NCBI GenBank assembly: GCA_045644125.1
Contig: JAZRGJ010000185.1
Span: 1 to 47,448 of the forward strand
Reading direction: 5' to 3'
DNA from: Eubacteriales bacterium
GTDB lineage: Bacteria > Bacillota > Clostridia > Oscillospirales > CAG-272
Length of the DNA: 47,448 bases
Shown here: one piece after another, positions 46,687 through 47,448 of the stretch
Layout: each line of letters opens with the position of its first letter
Numbering within the stretch: the stretch's first letter is position 1
Notes under the pieces: generated by a model
What the model was told of the DNA's origin: nothing
Databases searched by the model: none
What the model saw: the letters and a program-made list of their open reading frames with translations, nothing else
Program-made: the position numbers and the translations under genes

Positions 46687-47448
46687 TTACAGTTCAAATT
46701 GCTTGATGGGCTTAATAGCAAGTCCGTCTTCGAATTCTCGCACTTCGCCAAGCGCAAAGAAGCCGTTTTTATCGTATAAAGTGACACGCTCCCCTGCGTC
46801 GAGCGAAAGATTTATCTTTTTCAAATATATTTCAAGCCCCGATGATGCCAGGCGCGCGAAAAAATCGGGCAGATTGACTCGTGTCAGGTCCTTGAAAACC
46901 GACTCTATTGGCAAAACCAGATTCTCACGCTCGTCGGGGCTCAATGCCTCAAGCCTTTCAAGAGTGATGGCCTCGTCTATCGTGAAGCCTCCCGCTTCCA
47001 GCCTCTCAAGCGTTTTCATAACTGCGCCGCAACCAAGCTTTGCGCCTATATCAGCGCACAACGTTCTTATATAAGTGCCCTTTGAGCATTTTATATCAAG
47101 GAAGTATTCCCTGTCATTTATTTTTTCGGAGCTTATTTCGTATACGTTGATTTCTCTTTTTTCGCGCTCAACAACCTCGCCTTGCCTTGCAAGCTCGTAA
47201 AGTTTTTTTCCGCCAAGCTTTATTGCCGAGTACATTGGCGGCGTTTGAAGAGATTTTCCCAGCATTGAAAAAACGGCGTCCAAAACCTCTTTTTCCGAGG
47301 GAATCTTATCGGTTTCCGAAAGTATTTTTCCGCTCACGTCCTCGGTGTCCGTTGTTATTCCGAGAAGAAGCGTCGCTTTGTAGTGCTTGTCCTCCGTCAG
47401 CATATATTCGCTTGCCTTTACGCCGCGGTCGATAAGCACCGGCAAAAC
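46687..47448 (-). CDS. truB: tRNA pseudouridine-55 synthase, 5'-truncated by the window edge
   Basis: GITTDTED, QTPPMYSAIK..GKKLYELAR, CSKGTYIRTLC.DIG; the HxGTLD motif lies outside the window. Confidence 0.95.
   Translation of the reverse strand, partial: VLPVLIDRGVKASEYMLTEDKHYKATLLLGITTDTEDVSGKILSETDKIPSEKEVLDAVFSMLGKSLQTPPMYSAIKLGGKKLYELARQGEVVEREKREINVYEISSEKINDREYFLDIKCSKGTYIRTLCADIGAKLGCGAVMKTLERLEAGGFTIDEAITLERLEALSPDERENLVLPIESVFKDLTRVNLPDFFARLASSGLEIYLKKINLSLDAGERVTLYDKNGFFALGEVREFEDGLAIKPIKQFEL

Noticed and set aside
46674-46787. Extended AddA N-terminus from the ORF track
   Set aside because: Overlaps the truB 3' end; the ATG at 46673 has a GGAGG RBS and matches the usual AddA start.

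Overview
A ~47 kb chromosomal segment from a Clostridia-like Firmicute (inferred from sigma-A promoters, a T-box and gene content; probably an uncultured gut/rumen lineage). I found no rRNA, tRNA, CRISPR array or mobile element. Housekeeping genes: lysS, greA, rsmE, prmA, ribF, a THUMP rRNA methyltransferase, T-box-controlled type-2 ileS, trpS, rnhA, addA without addB, and a partial truB. Also present are several peptidases (S41/CtpA, HtrA, M16, M55), a P-type ATPase, an MFS transporter and two glycosidases (GH109-like, GH1). The most striking region is 27.8-42.2 kb. It holds a GldA/GldF-type ABC module, two tandem GldG-like proteins and a 979-aa DUF4340-like membrane protein that appears to carry degenerate FKBP-like inserts. 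These are followed by three membrane-anchored or lipoprotein trigger-factor-like proteins with an FKBP-within-FKBP layout, two of them a tandem duplication. I infer a candidate extracytoplasmic export-and-folding system. Secondary highlights: an orphan 49-aa leader-peptide-like ORF with a perfect consensus promoter, an ileS T-box with an apparently truncated antiterminator, and a 21-bp-periodic operator at the GH1 promoter. All domain calls are by-eye motif recognition, not database searches.
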